Below are positions 1-10,149 of a stretch of DNA of 28,038 bases, one piece after another (within the stretch, counting starts at the first letter, position 1; the number at the start of each line of letters is the position of its first letter). Position numbers and translations under genes: made by a program. The notes beneath the pieces were generated by a model that saw nothing but the letters and a program-made list of their open reading frames with translations, had not been told where the DNA came from and made no database searches. This DNA comes from Folioceros fuciformis (Eukaryota): NCBI GenBank assembly GCA_049999805.1, contig JBNGIO010005627.1, positions 62,001 through 90,038 of the forward strand, in the 5' to 3' direction.

Positions 1-1066
1 CTCTACGTCGGGGATTACGACTTATGTCAGCGCGAGGGTTGCCGGGTTCCTGTTGGAGAAGGAGCTGAGTTATCTCTCTGGTTCCATGCAGAATCCTCCG
101 CACCCGTTTGTGGCCATTGTAAGTCTTGCTGTAGAGCGTGAGTTTCCTGTTTGGCATCCATTTCAGATGGTTCCCAGGCTCTTGCTCATCTGACTGATTG
201 CGTGGGGCTGAATGTTTGGGATGCATGCAGGTTGGGGGCAGCAAGATATCATCGAAAATAACGGTGATTGAGTCTTTGATGAAAAAGTGCGACAAAGTGG
301 TTCTAGGTGGAGGCATGGTGTTCACCTTCTTCAAGGCTAAGGGCTACGCCGTTGGCTCGTCTTTGGTGGAGGAAGACAAGCTGGGACTGGCTCAACACTT
401 GTCCGCATTGGCTGAGCAGAAGGGCGTGGAGCTAGTTCTTCCATGCGACATCGTTGCCGCCAACAAGTTCTCTGCGGATGCTCAGACTCAAGTATGCAAG
501 TCCTACAACATTCCTGACGGTAGGTACGCTGCCCAGGCACGATGATGTGCGTCAGTGATCGATCACTGCAGGCTCCAACAATGGCGACTTGCACTCACGT
601 GGATGTGTTGTCTGTAACTGCACACAACTTTGCAGGATGGATGGGCTTGGATATTGGACCGGAATCCATCAAACAGTTTCGGGCAGTTCTCCAGACTGCA
701 AAGGTATATTGGTTAAGGAGTGCCCCAGGAAGTGAAGTGCAATTGTGTTGGGTCTGAGAGACGATCTAATTCTCTTCAACACGCGCGCTTCTGCAGATGG
801 TGTTGTGGAACGGGCCATTGGGAGTGTTCGAGTTCGACAAGTTCAGCAAGGGAACATACGCAATTGCAAGCACACTTGCAGACTTGTCGGAGAAGGGCGC
901 TATAACTATCATCGGCGGAGGAGACTCTGTGGCAGCAGTGGAAAAGGTAGGTGTGGCAGCAAAGATGAGCCACATCTCGACAGGTGGTGGCGCCAGCTTG
1001 GAGCTTTTGGAAGGCAAGGTCCTTCCTGGTGTGACCGTTCTGGATGACGTACGCATCCACGCGTAG
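1..1066 (+). CDS. PGK: Phosphoglycerate kinase (plant/cyanobacterial type), 5'-truncated by the window edge; exons <1-118, 231-519, 636-703, 797-1066
   Basis: The spliced translation contains the PGK motifs [58 protein letters not shown] and [17 protein letters not shown]. The GT-AG introns keep the frame. Stop TAG at 1064-1066. Confidence 0.95.
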
Positions 1067-1458
1067 ATCTTATGTTCCTCTCTCCATTCCGATTCACAAC
1101 ACTCAGCAAGCTGAAGCTCCCTCGAAAAATGTAAAGTACAACACCTTTTCCAATCTTAGCCTCCAAGAACAATTACAGTCAGATCTTCTTTCTCTGTCCA
1201 ACAAGTGAGGACAGCAGTTGTTGAAGATAGGAATATCGTTCCCTGGAATGATGGATCAATCCGTTGAAACAACTCGACAATCTTTCAGTGGAAGCGAAGA
1301 TCATTTCTGGTCTTCGAGGAGGAACGTCATGTAACTTTTGTTTACAAGAGAAATTCGAAGGCGATCGATACATGTGCCCTTCGACGAGTCCTGATGTGAC
1401 ACAGGAGGACAGATCTTGATGTGATACTGTGTCAATACATATGCCCTTAGAGAAATCC

Positions 1459-4152
1459 TTATACGCCAGAGAAGAAACTATGGACCAGTCCGTCCATGTC
1501 TGTCCACCAGCTCTGGCCTGGCAACTTCCATGCCCTGATCGATTTCCTCTTGGCATGCAGCTCATGTGCCTGCTCCCACATCTGAGCACCAGTGTACAAG
1601 TTTGACATCAACACGTATGCTGCGGCATCTCCCTTGTCCAGCTTCACTGCTTCATCGAAAGCATGACGACCGATCTGCACGTTGTTCCACTTTCGACATG
1701 CCGCCAAAAGTGTGTGCCAAACTATAGCGTCAGGGAGTGCAGGCATTGTCCTTAGTAAAGCTAGTGCCTCAGTTAGAAGACCAGCACGACCCAGGAGATC
1801 TACCATGCATGTGTAGTGCTCGGTCGTGGTAGTGACGCCATACTGTCTGCTCATAGCCCAGAAGTACTCCCGTCCTTTGTTTACCAGACCTACATGACTG
1901 CACGCTGTTAGTACACAGATGAATGTCATGCTGGCTGGCTGTTTGCCATCCTCCTGCATTCTGTGGAACAAGTGGAATACGGCTTCACTGTCTCCTTGCC
2001 GGGTGTAGCCTGCAATCAGAGTGTTCCAGGCGACGTGGTCTCGTTCAGGCAATGCTGCAAACACCTCCTCTGCGTCAGCCATGCTCCCTGACTTTGCATA
2101 CATATTTAACAAACTGTTGCCTACGTTCATGTCAGAGAGAAACCCCAGTTCTTGAATCTGAGCATGGAGCTGTCTTCCCACATGCAAAGCTGCCACATTT
2201 GCGCAGGCCTGGAGGACACACACGAAGGTCACGGAGTCAGCTGCAACAATGCCTTCTTCCTGCATAATCCTGTAGAGATGAAGGGCTTCCTGACCCATGT
2301 CCTGCTGGGAGTATCCTGCTATCAGACATGTCCATGTTACCACATCCTTCTTAGGTAGCAGGTCGAACAGTCTACGAGCGTCTACCAGGCTGCCACACTT
2401 GGCATACATGTGGACCAGGCTGTTGGATACAAGGACATCAGCCTGAAGCCCTCGTTGTCCAATCTCTGCATGAAGCTGCTTCCCCTTCTCCAAGGCTTGA
2501 GTGCCCACACTTGCACATGCCTGCAGGAGGCAGGCCAGTGTCACAGCATTGGGTGCAGCCATGCCGTCTTCCTGCATTGCACTGTGAAGTCGCAGGGCTT
2601 CCTGGCACCTGCCCTGCTCGGTGTACCCTGCTATAAGAGTAGTCCATGTAGCAACGTTCTTTTCACGAAGTCCATTGAACACGGCCCGAGCATCCTCTAA
2701 GGTGCCACACTTCGCATACATGTTCACCAGGCTACAACCCACAACAACATCAAGAAAATGTCCTTGTTCTTGTATCTGCGCATGGAGCTTCTTTCCCGTC
2801 TCCAAGGCCAGGGTACCAACACTTGCACATGCCTGGAGGAGAGACGCAAATGTCACAGAATCGGGTGAAGTGACGCAGGATTTTTGCATGGCACTGTACA
2901 GATGGAGTGCTTCCTGCCCCCTGCCTTCCTGGGAGTATCCTACTATCAGGGCTGTCCATGTCACCACATCCTTTTGACAAAGTCCGTCAAACACTCTTCG
3001 AGCATCTTCCAAACTACCGCATTTTGCATACATGTCTACCAAGCTGCAGCCTACCACCGCATCCGCCTGAAGACGCCGTTCTCTGATTTGTGCATGAACC
3101 TTCTTCCCTTTCTCCAAAGCTGCAGCCCCCACATGTGCACACGCCTGCAGGAGGCACACGAATGTCACAGAATTGGGTGCAGCTATGCTCTCTTCTTTCA
3201 TGGCACTGTACAGCGCAAGGGCTTCCTGACCCATTCCGTGCTGGGTGTATCCTGCTATCAAAGCTGTCCATGTGACCACGTCTTTATGACCCAGTCCATC
3301 AAACACCCTTTGAGCATCGTCCAACCTGCCACATTTTGCATACATGTCCACCAAGCAATTACAAACAAACAGATCAGGCTCGATCTCACTGGCCAGAATA
3401 TCATCATGAACCTTCTTCCCAGTTTCCAAGTCTGCTCCCCTTGCACAAGCCTGAAGGGCTGCCACAAACAAATGCCCATCTGGCTTCACACTGGACAGTC
3501 GCATCCTGTGATACAGTTCTATGGCCTCCTTGTCCTGGCCGTGTTTCACATGGGCAGAGATGAGGGACGACCACATGAACGCATCTGGATTGCCCACCAA
3601 GGTGAGCACGTCCATTGCTTCCTGTAACCTACCATGAGAAGCGTACATCCGCAGAATGTGGTTGCCCAAGAATGTATCTGACCGGTACCCCTTTTGCACA
3701 GTGAAAGCATGCACACGGCGGCCCAGAATAAGGTCCTTCTTCGCCACACATTTTTTCAGGACATCATAAAAGAAAGATGTAGCTATGTAACTGTTTGTTT
3801 GCACAAGAATCCCCAAAGCCTCCACAGCCTCCGTAAGATGCCCTTGATTACATAGCTCGCTCACACTGTCAGCATTCACGCCACAGTCGTATCCTGCAGG
3901 CCTGGCGAGGCTACGATGATCTCGAACCCTCCAGATGGACGTAGGGGCTCCACGACCCACCTGTGCTTCCAGAGCGGCCAGTTGCCAGGATCCCTTCCTC
4001 CAGCAGCTGTTATCCCGCCGATCTTCTTGTGCCGGGTCCAGAGAAGCTGATGCCCTGCGTGCGGGGTAGCCATGATTCCCAGAAGCATATGATGAACCTA
4101 CTGCACCCTGCTGTAAGCCAGCTGGGCTGGTTACATGACTGACGGCGCCCAT
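1459..4152 (-). CDS. PLS-class pentatricopeptide repeat protein (PPR 1), E/E+ type organellar RNA-editing factor, 897 aa, no intron in the repeat region
   Basis: About 20 P/L/S motifs (e.g. SLVDMYAKCGSLEDARRVFD, DVVTWTALIAGY), followed by P2-L2-S2 (EHYTCMVDLLGRAG), E1/E2 and PGQSWWTD...HSF before the stop. No HxE/CxxC. The exact start codon is uncertain. Confidence 0.93.
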   Translation of the reverse strand: MGAVSHVTSPAGLQQGAVGSSYASGNHGYPARRASASLDPAQEDRRDNSCWRKGSWQLAALEAQVGRGAPTSIWRVRDHRSLARPAGYDCGVNADSVSELCNQGHLTEAVEALGILVQTNSYIATSFFYDVLKKCVAKKDLILGRRVHAFTVQKGYRSDTFLGNHILRMYASHGRLQEAMDVLTLVGNPDAFMWSSLISAHVKHGQDKEAIELYHRMRLSSVKPDGHLFVAALQACARGADLETGKKVHDDILASEIEPDLFVCNCLVDMYAKCGRLDDAQRVFDGLGHKDVVTWTALIAGYTQHGMGQEALALYSAMKEESIAAPNSVTFVCLLQACAHVGAAALEKGKKVHAQIRERRLQADAVVGCSLVDMYAKCGSLEDARRVFDGLCQKDVVTWTALIVGYSQEGRGQEALHLYSAMQKSCVTSPDSVTFASLLQACASVGTLALETGKKLHAQIQEQGHFLDVVVGCSLVNMYAKCGTLEDARAVFNGLREKNVATWTTLIAGYTEQGRCQEALRLHSAMQEDGMAAPNAVTLACLLQACASVGTQALEKGKQLHAEIGQRGLQADVLVSNSLVHMYAKCGSLVDARRLFDLLPKKDVVTWTCLIAGYSQQDMGQEALHLYRIMQEEGIVAADSVTFVCVLQACANVAALHVGRQLHAQIQELGFLSDMNVGNSLLNMYAKSGSMADAEEVFAALPERDHVAWNTLIAGYTRQGDSEAVFHLFHRMQEDGKQPASMTFICVLTACSHVGLVNKGREYFWAMSRQYGVTTTTEHYTCMVDLLGRAGLLTEALALLRTMPALPDAIVWHTLLAACRKWNNVQIGRHAFDEAVKLDKGDAAAYVLMSNLYTGAQMWEQAHELHAKRKSIRAWKLPGQSWWTDMDGLVHSFFSGV

Positions 4153-4684
4153 ATCTGCACTCCTGTAGCAGGCATCTCAGAAGTGCCTCCAACTCTCAGC
4201 ACATCCATTGGAGCGATGATGGAATAACCGTCTCTGCGGGGCCGCACAGGATTCATCAGGCACATTTCGCTGACCATAAGAATTGAACACTCGATTGTCA
4301 TCGATCAAACTGATAGAAGATTGCCTTCGTTCCAAGATGCTCAAGTCTTCCTGATTTCCTCCTTCACACTGTACTTTTGTAAAACTCTGGTTTTTCTTTT
4401 CCTGGCTCCTTAACGCTGGACTTCCATGAAATTCTGGTCCATGGTGACTGGTGTGCGTTGTTCACAGTGAGCCATAATGGGGCGAAAAAATATCTTCGCC
4501 TTTGGCGCTACCCAGGGAAGAGTAAGATTCCGTGGAACGAAAAACACTTGTCCTTCGACATCCAGGACAACCTCCCGTCCCATCTGTCGGATCAGTCCCA
4601 CCTTGGACCGTCACTACCAGGTTGCAAGGCCCACATTCCTCGACTTAAGCCACGCCCTGGTTGTGATCTGCGCCATTCACATAG

Positions 4685-4709
4685 ACGTGTGCACTACCTC
4701 TCGCCACGT
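4685..4709. promoter_or_regulatory. Pair of ACGT-core ABRE-like elements (ACGTGT at 4685-4690; GCCACGT at 4703-4709, reading ACGTGGC on the - strand) about 190 bp upstream of P450 1
   Basis: Motif match only. Motifs this short occur often by chance. Confidence 0.3.
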
Positions 4710-4890
4710 CTTGGTTCTCACAGTCCGTCTAAAGTCTCAGCCTTCCAAACGCCTTCAATTGCCAAGTGGTGCTCTGAAACAGCGACGCTGTTGTGTCTTC
4801 ACCAGCGTGAACAGAAGCTGATTGCTTTGACCTGAGGACCTGAATCCTTGCGAAGAAAACTCAAAACTTGGTTTGGGGCTGCAGGAGGTG

Positions 4891-7231
4891 ATGGAGTCTG
4901 TTGTCGCATCTTTGATTTGGGGTATTCTCACACTCATGGCAACTGGGCTCTGCATGTTTGCTGCTTGGTGGTGGTCACAACAGCTTGGATACATTCGGGA
5001 TGGTAGATTTAGTCTGAAGCGTCTCAATCTACCACCGGGCACGCTGGGATGGCCTATAGTTGGAGAGTCCTTGCGATTGCTGAGGGATCCAGAATCATTC
5101 GCCTCGACCCGCAAAAGGTATATGATCGAAGTCTCAACAACACGGCTGACCATGAGGTGATTCCTTTCGCATTGGAGTGATCCATCAGCAATTTGTTATG
5201 CACACAGACACGGGGAGGTATACAAGACCCATCTTATGGGACGCCCAACAGTGGTGACGACATCCCCAGAGGCTTTCAAGTTCATCCTTGGAGCACAGTA
5301 TGAGACAATGGAACCTATCTTTCCCAAGACCATTACAACCATCGTGGGTCCGCTCTCGGTCAGTTTTGCCACTGGAGCGCGCCACCAGCGCTTACGGAAA
5401 CTGTTTCTCAGGCATCTGCTGCCAGAGGCGTTAAGGAACGATGTGGCAGCCGTGGAAGCAGAGGCATTGACGGTTCTCAGGTCATGGGGTCCCCAAGTCA
5501 CGCTTCCGGCTTTCCGAATCGCTGTCCAGGAGGTTGGTAGTGGATGATTGTACTTGCTGGATCCAACATGCAACGTGCTGGCTTTGTTGTGACCGTGCAC
5601 TTGCTATCAGTACGTGCTGTCAGTGGGTATGTGGGCCGCGCTAGGATTGGACTCCAGTTTACCGCAGGTGAAACTGTTGCGACAGACATACCTCGAACTT
5701 GAAAATGGAATTAATGTCCGCATTCCTCTATACATCCCAGGCACACAATACTATCGGAGCATGCAGGTTCGAGATGTTAATTCTGCATTTCACTTCAACA
5801 GGAGACGTGTGACAACTCTTGGAACCTGACTGCAGGCTTGTCATGGCAGGCTCGGAAGGTTCTGTCAGATGCTATAGGGCAGCTGATCTGGAATAGAAAG
5901 AATGGTAGACGGCAGAATGCCTCCCAACCTGATCACTTCATCGACACTCTCATTTCTGAAACTGAGAAACCCGCGTCGGAAGATCCTTTAACGCATGAAG
6001 ACATCGTAGATAACTTGGTCTCCACCTTGTTCGCTTCCACTTCAACCACCGCCATAACTTTGAGCTGGATTGTGAAGTATTTGTATGACTATCCTCATGT
6101 TTTAGAGGCTGTGAAGGTAAAATGTTCTTGACAAGGTGTGCAGTCAAATGGAACCCTTGGAGGCTTGAGTTGCTGGGTTTACAGTGCTCCTGTGTGAACC
6201 AGGCGGAGCAGGAGAAGATCAGGAGCCGAAAGCAGCTGGATGAGCCCCTTACTTGGGAGGACCTCAAGGCCATGGTCTACACTACAAGAGTACTCACCGA
6301 TCTAGCACCAGAGCGGTGATCGAGACAAGAGTGCTAGTAGTAGACAAAGGCATGGCTAACGACTGATGAAGCAAGCTTTCCTTTGCTGCAGGTGTTGCTG
6401 GAGAGCCTTAGAGTCGCAAACGTGCTACCCAACACCTTTCGCGTAGCGGCACAGGATGTGGAATACAAAGGTACTTCAGCTGGGATCTGCGTTACGTTCG
6501 AAGCTTCCATTCGCTGCGTGTTCTAAGCTACATCCCTGCCCTTTGGCGGACCAGGATTTGTCATCCCAAAAGGATGGCAAGTCATGCCTTCCAGCAAGTC
6601 CTTCCACATGGATCCGAACCTGTGGCCAGAACCCTCCAAGTTCGATCCTTCCAGATTCGAGGTGAGACCTGTTTCTGCCGGATGATGCTAATGTCGGCAG
6701 TGGACGTAAGGTGTAACAACATGGGTGTAACAACATGGGTGTAACAACATGGGTGTAACAACATGGGTGTAACAACATGGGTGTAACAACATGGGTGTAA
6801 CAACGTGGGTGTAACAACGTGGGTGTAACAACGTGGGTGTAACAACGTGGGTGTAACAACGTGGGTGTAACAACGTGGGTGTAACAACATGGGTGTAACA
6901 ACATGGGTGTACCAACCACGCCATACGTTTATCTTGCAGACTACACCAAGAAGCAGTTTCGCAGCCTTTGGAGCAGGACCACGTATTTGTCTGGGACAGG
7001 AGCTTGCGAAAATGGAAATCTTAATCTTCCTACACCACCTCACCACCAAGTACAGGTGGGTACAGCACCATCTTTCCCGAGCTCTCATGCATGTCGTAGT
7101 GTGAAATGGAATTCATTTTCTAACCATTGCAGTTGCACAGATGGGAGGTCCTGGAGTCGGGTCCCCCAATGCGGCTTCCATTTTTCGCCCCTTACAAAGG
7201 CTTGCCCCTCAGAGTCACCCGCACAGAGTGA
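4891..7231 (+). CDS. Cytochrome P450 1, CYP85 clan, CYP707 (ABA 8'-hydroxylase)-like; exons 4891-5117, 5208-5532, 5611-5766, 5850-6116, 6203-6289, 6392-6470, 6555-6661, 6940-7055, 7141-7231
   Basis: N-terminal membrane anchor, LPPGTLGWP hinge, I-helix [19 protein letters not shown] (ExxR), KFDPSRF and heme motif [10 protein letters not shown]. All eight introns are GT-AG and in frame. The protein is collinear with CYP707A sequences as I recall them. Confidence 0.92.
6711..6916. repeat. Minisatellite of 14 full copies of GTGTAACAAC(A/G)TGG (6 A-type, 6 G-type, 2 A-type) plus a partial copy, inside intron 7 of P450 1
   Basis: Counted directly: perfect 14-bp period from 6711 to 6906, then a degenerate GTGTACCAAC. 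Confidence 0.97.
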
Positions 7232-7568
7232 AGAGAAGTAATCTGTACAAATGATGTAGCCTAGAAGACTTCTGTTTGCACCATTCGTGTAACCGCATCT
7301 GGAGCAGCAGATGTGGTGACGTCTCAAAGGAACACGTGGTTTCCACTTTCCATATCCCGCTGGCAGCATCGTCGCCTGCAGCAGGACAAAACAGCATTTG
7401 TACTTTTATATTAGAGAACGTTGACCAAGCATGACTCTGGGAAGTGAGTCGGATTGTGAGACGGCTTTCCTGCCACATTCCGCTCGGAAACATAGGTGTT
7501 TCCATCTCTTCCTTTAGCAGAGCTTTGGCGTGCACTGTGCTTCGAATTCCTGTCTGCAGTGTATGCAA

Positions 7569-9736
7569 ATGGAGGCCCTGTTATCCAGCATAGTGTGGAG
7601 TGTACTGGGGCTGCTGGTCACAGCTGGGGCCATACTCGCAGCACTGTGGTGGTTTTCGATTTGCGGGTACATCAGCTTTCAAAATGGCTGGCCGAGCCTG
7701 AAGCCTGTTAATTTGCCTCCAGGAACGATGGGCTGGCCCGTCATCGGAGAAACGCTGGAGTACCTAAAGGATAGCACCAGCTTCTCAGCTGAGCGGTGGA
7801 GGAGGTGGAATTTTGGAAGCTTACAAGGATGGATGAGGATGAGCAATGACCATGAATGCAGAACGAAAGCTGGCCATGCAGAGTCTGACGTCATTACCTT
7901 GTGGCTTGCAAGTTGCAGATATGGAGAGATATACAAGACGCACCTGCTGGGTTGGCCGACTGTGGTCACCACATCTGCGGAGGCTTACAAGTTCGTGATG
8001 CTGAGCAAGGCGGAGGAGCTGAGGAATGTGTACCCCAAGGTGGTGACGGACATTGTGGGACCGAACTATGTGAACTATTTGTGGGGAGAAGTTCACTCCC
8101 GCGTGCGGAAATTGCCTCTCAGACACCTGCTTCCTGGAGGACTGAGGGATACGGTTGCAGGCATTGAAGAGGAGGCTTTAATTACGCTCAATTCCTGGGC
8201 GTCGGGGTCTACCATTCCTGCTTTCCGCTTTGCTGTTGAGGAGGTAGGCCAGGGGCATCTGAGTCGGGTGGTCTGCTTGCAATCAGTATAAATTCACGAG
8301 TGTACCAGTGCCTGTTGCTCGTGTACATATTCAGTTCACCCTTGGAGTCGGCATGTATATCCTGTTTGGATCGGAGAGTCGGACACCGGAAGCCAGGGAG
8401 CTTTCTTCACAGTACACTGAGCTGGAGAGGGGGTTCACTACCATCATCCCCATCAACCTTCCCGGCACCCAATGGCGCAAGAGCCTCCAGGTGCAAGTCA
8501 AAGACAAGCTTGATAAAGTGAGTCCTGTATGACCCTTGTGTGTGTGCTCAAGCCCTGGCGTTGGTTGCAGTCTCGGCAAAGAGTGTTGAACACGCTCAAG
8601 GGGCTGATAGAGAGACGGCTTGCAAAGAGAAAGATGGCACAGGACTCTTCACCTCATGATATGTTGGACTCGTTTCTGAAGGAAGCGGATCCCTCACAGC
8701 AAGATCCCTTGAATTATAACATGGTGGCAGATAACGTCACCGGTCTGTTGTTTGCGTCGAATGCTACGAGTGCCACAACGCTTACATGGATCCTCAAGTT
8801 TCTTCATGACCACCCCCCTCTCCTAGAAGCTGTGAAGGTCCGTTTCTGACCGTAGAAAGGAGTGCAGAGAGTTAGCAAGTCTTGGAGCATCACCAGGCCA
8901 GTATTTTGCTGCATGATCAGGCTGAGCAGGAAAGCATTAAGGGAAGGAAAGCCATGGACGAGCCCCTCACCTGGGATGACTTGAAGGACATGTCTCTCAC
9001 TTACAAGGTATTCTATGCTTTGTTACCCCTGGGGACGACCCGGACAGGACGTATCCCTGACCAAGTCGAGGAATGCAGGTTACGCAGGAAGCACTAAGAA
9101 TAGCAGACCTACTCTACGATGTGGTCACCCGGGAGGCCGTGGTAGATGTGGAATACAAAGGTAGGCCACAGGTCTCGTCATGATCTATGGAGTGCAGATA
9201 CATCTTTGCTGATGGCCGCCGCTCTTCAGCTGACTTTGTTGCCTTGTACAGGCTTTGTCATTCCCAGGGGATGGAGAGTGAAGCCCGTAGTCACACACTT
9301 TCACATGGATCCACAGATGTGGCCTGAGCCAAACAAGTTCGATCCGTCACGGTTTGAGGTTGGTACAGCAGACCATGCATGCTAGCCTGAGGATTTGCGG
9401 CAGAGGTACAAGCTGACACGCAGTTTCTGAATGGCCAGGAGCTACAGAGGGGCGCCTTGTACGCACCTTTCGGAGCAGGAGAACATCTCTGTGTGGGAAA
9501 TGAGCTAGCCAGAGTGGAGGTTCTTGTTTTTATGCACCATTTCATCACCCAGTTCAGGTTAGCACGGCTAGAGCACTGTCGCTGTGTCGCCGATCAAAGT
9601 AATGCATCAAAGAACTTTTTCTGAACTTTTCTACGGTTTCCATAGGTGGCAGGTCTTGGAAGACGGGCCGACAACCAAACTTCCGTTGACATCACCATAC
9701 AAGGGCCTCCCAGTCAAGATCACACGTATTCAATAG
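7569..9736 (+). CDS. Cytochrome P450 2, CYP85 clan, CYP707-like; exons 7569-7804, 7919-8243, 8335-8490, 8571-8837, 8921-9007, 9079-9160, 9252-9358, 9439-9557, 9646-9736
   Basis: [10 protein letters not shown]-helix DNVTGLLFASNATSA, EALR, KFDPSRF and heme motif FGAGEHLCVG. Same eight intron positions as P450 1. An alternative ATG lies at 7563. Confidence 0.92.
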
Positions 9737-10149
9737 AAGCTTGCCTAAACATTGCAAAGCCTGTTTAGCTGGGCCAAGCAAGCGAGCGGATGGCGCCGTT
9801 CCGCTGAGACTCAAAGCTGCCAGTGCATAGCTCTGGGTGGCAGATTTTCCCTGTGAAATTGGCAAAATCTTACTTGGCCAGGATCAACTTGGGTGCGAAT
9901 AAACCGTCCCAGGGGCACCAGAGAATTCTTAGCGTTTTCGGGCCCTTCATTCTCGGATCGTAGCTGGTTACGCACGCTTTTGCATTTTGTGGGCCGTGGC
10001 CGAGGTGTCCGCTGTCATCGCATTCGCTCATTAGAGATTTTCAGTCCAGGCCTGGAGCTCATTGTCTGCTGGGATGTTTGTTGGGAGTCACTTTTATGTT
10101 AATGTCCAGCGAGTGAAGAAATGGACGATGCTGCGTGGTCCAGCGGGGA

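Noticed and set aside
1179-1458. Frameshifted DYW remainder downstream of PPR 1 (also looked for after 13098)
   Set aside because: No HxE, CxxC or DYW-like terminus was seen in the frames read. After PPR 2 only a weak EPGY resemblance appears in a shifted frame.
4410-4835. Short ORFs between PPR 1 and P450 1
   Set aside because: They have no motifs, and the region is better explained as divergent promoter and UTR sequence.
6711-6916. CRISPR array or telomere-repeat reading of the 14-bp repeat
   Set aside because: The units are contiguous with no unique spacers, no cas genes are present, the context is a eukaryotic intron, and the unit is not TTTAGGG-like.
6476-7104. ORFs with repeated [11 protein letters not shown] peptides
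   Set aside because: They are translations of the stop-free minisatellite, antisense to or overlapping P450 exons.
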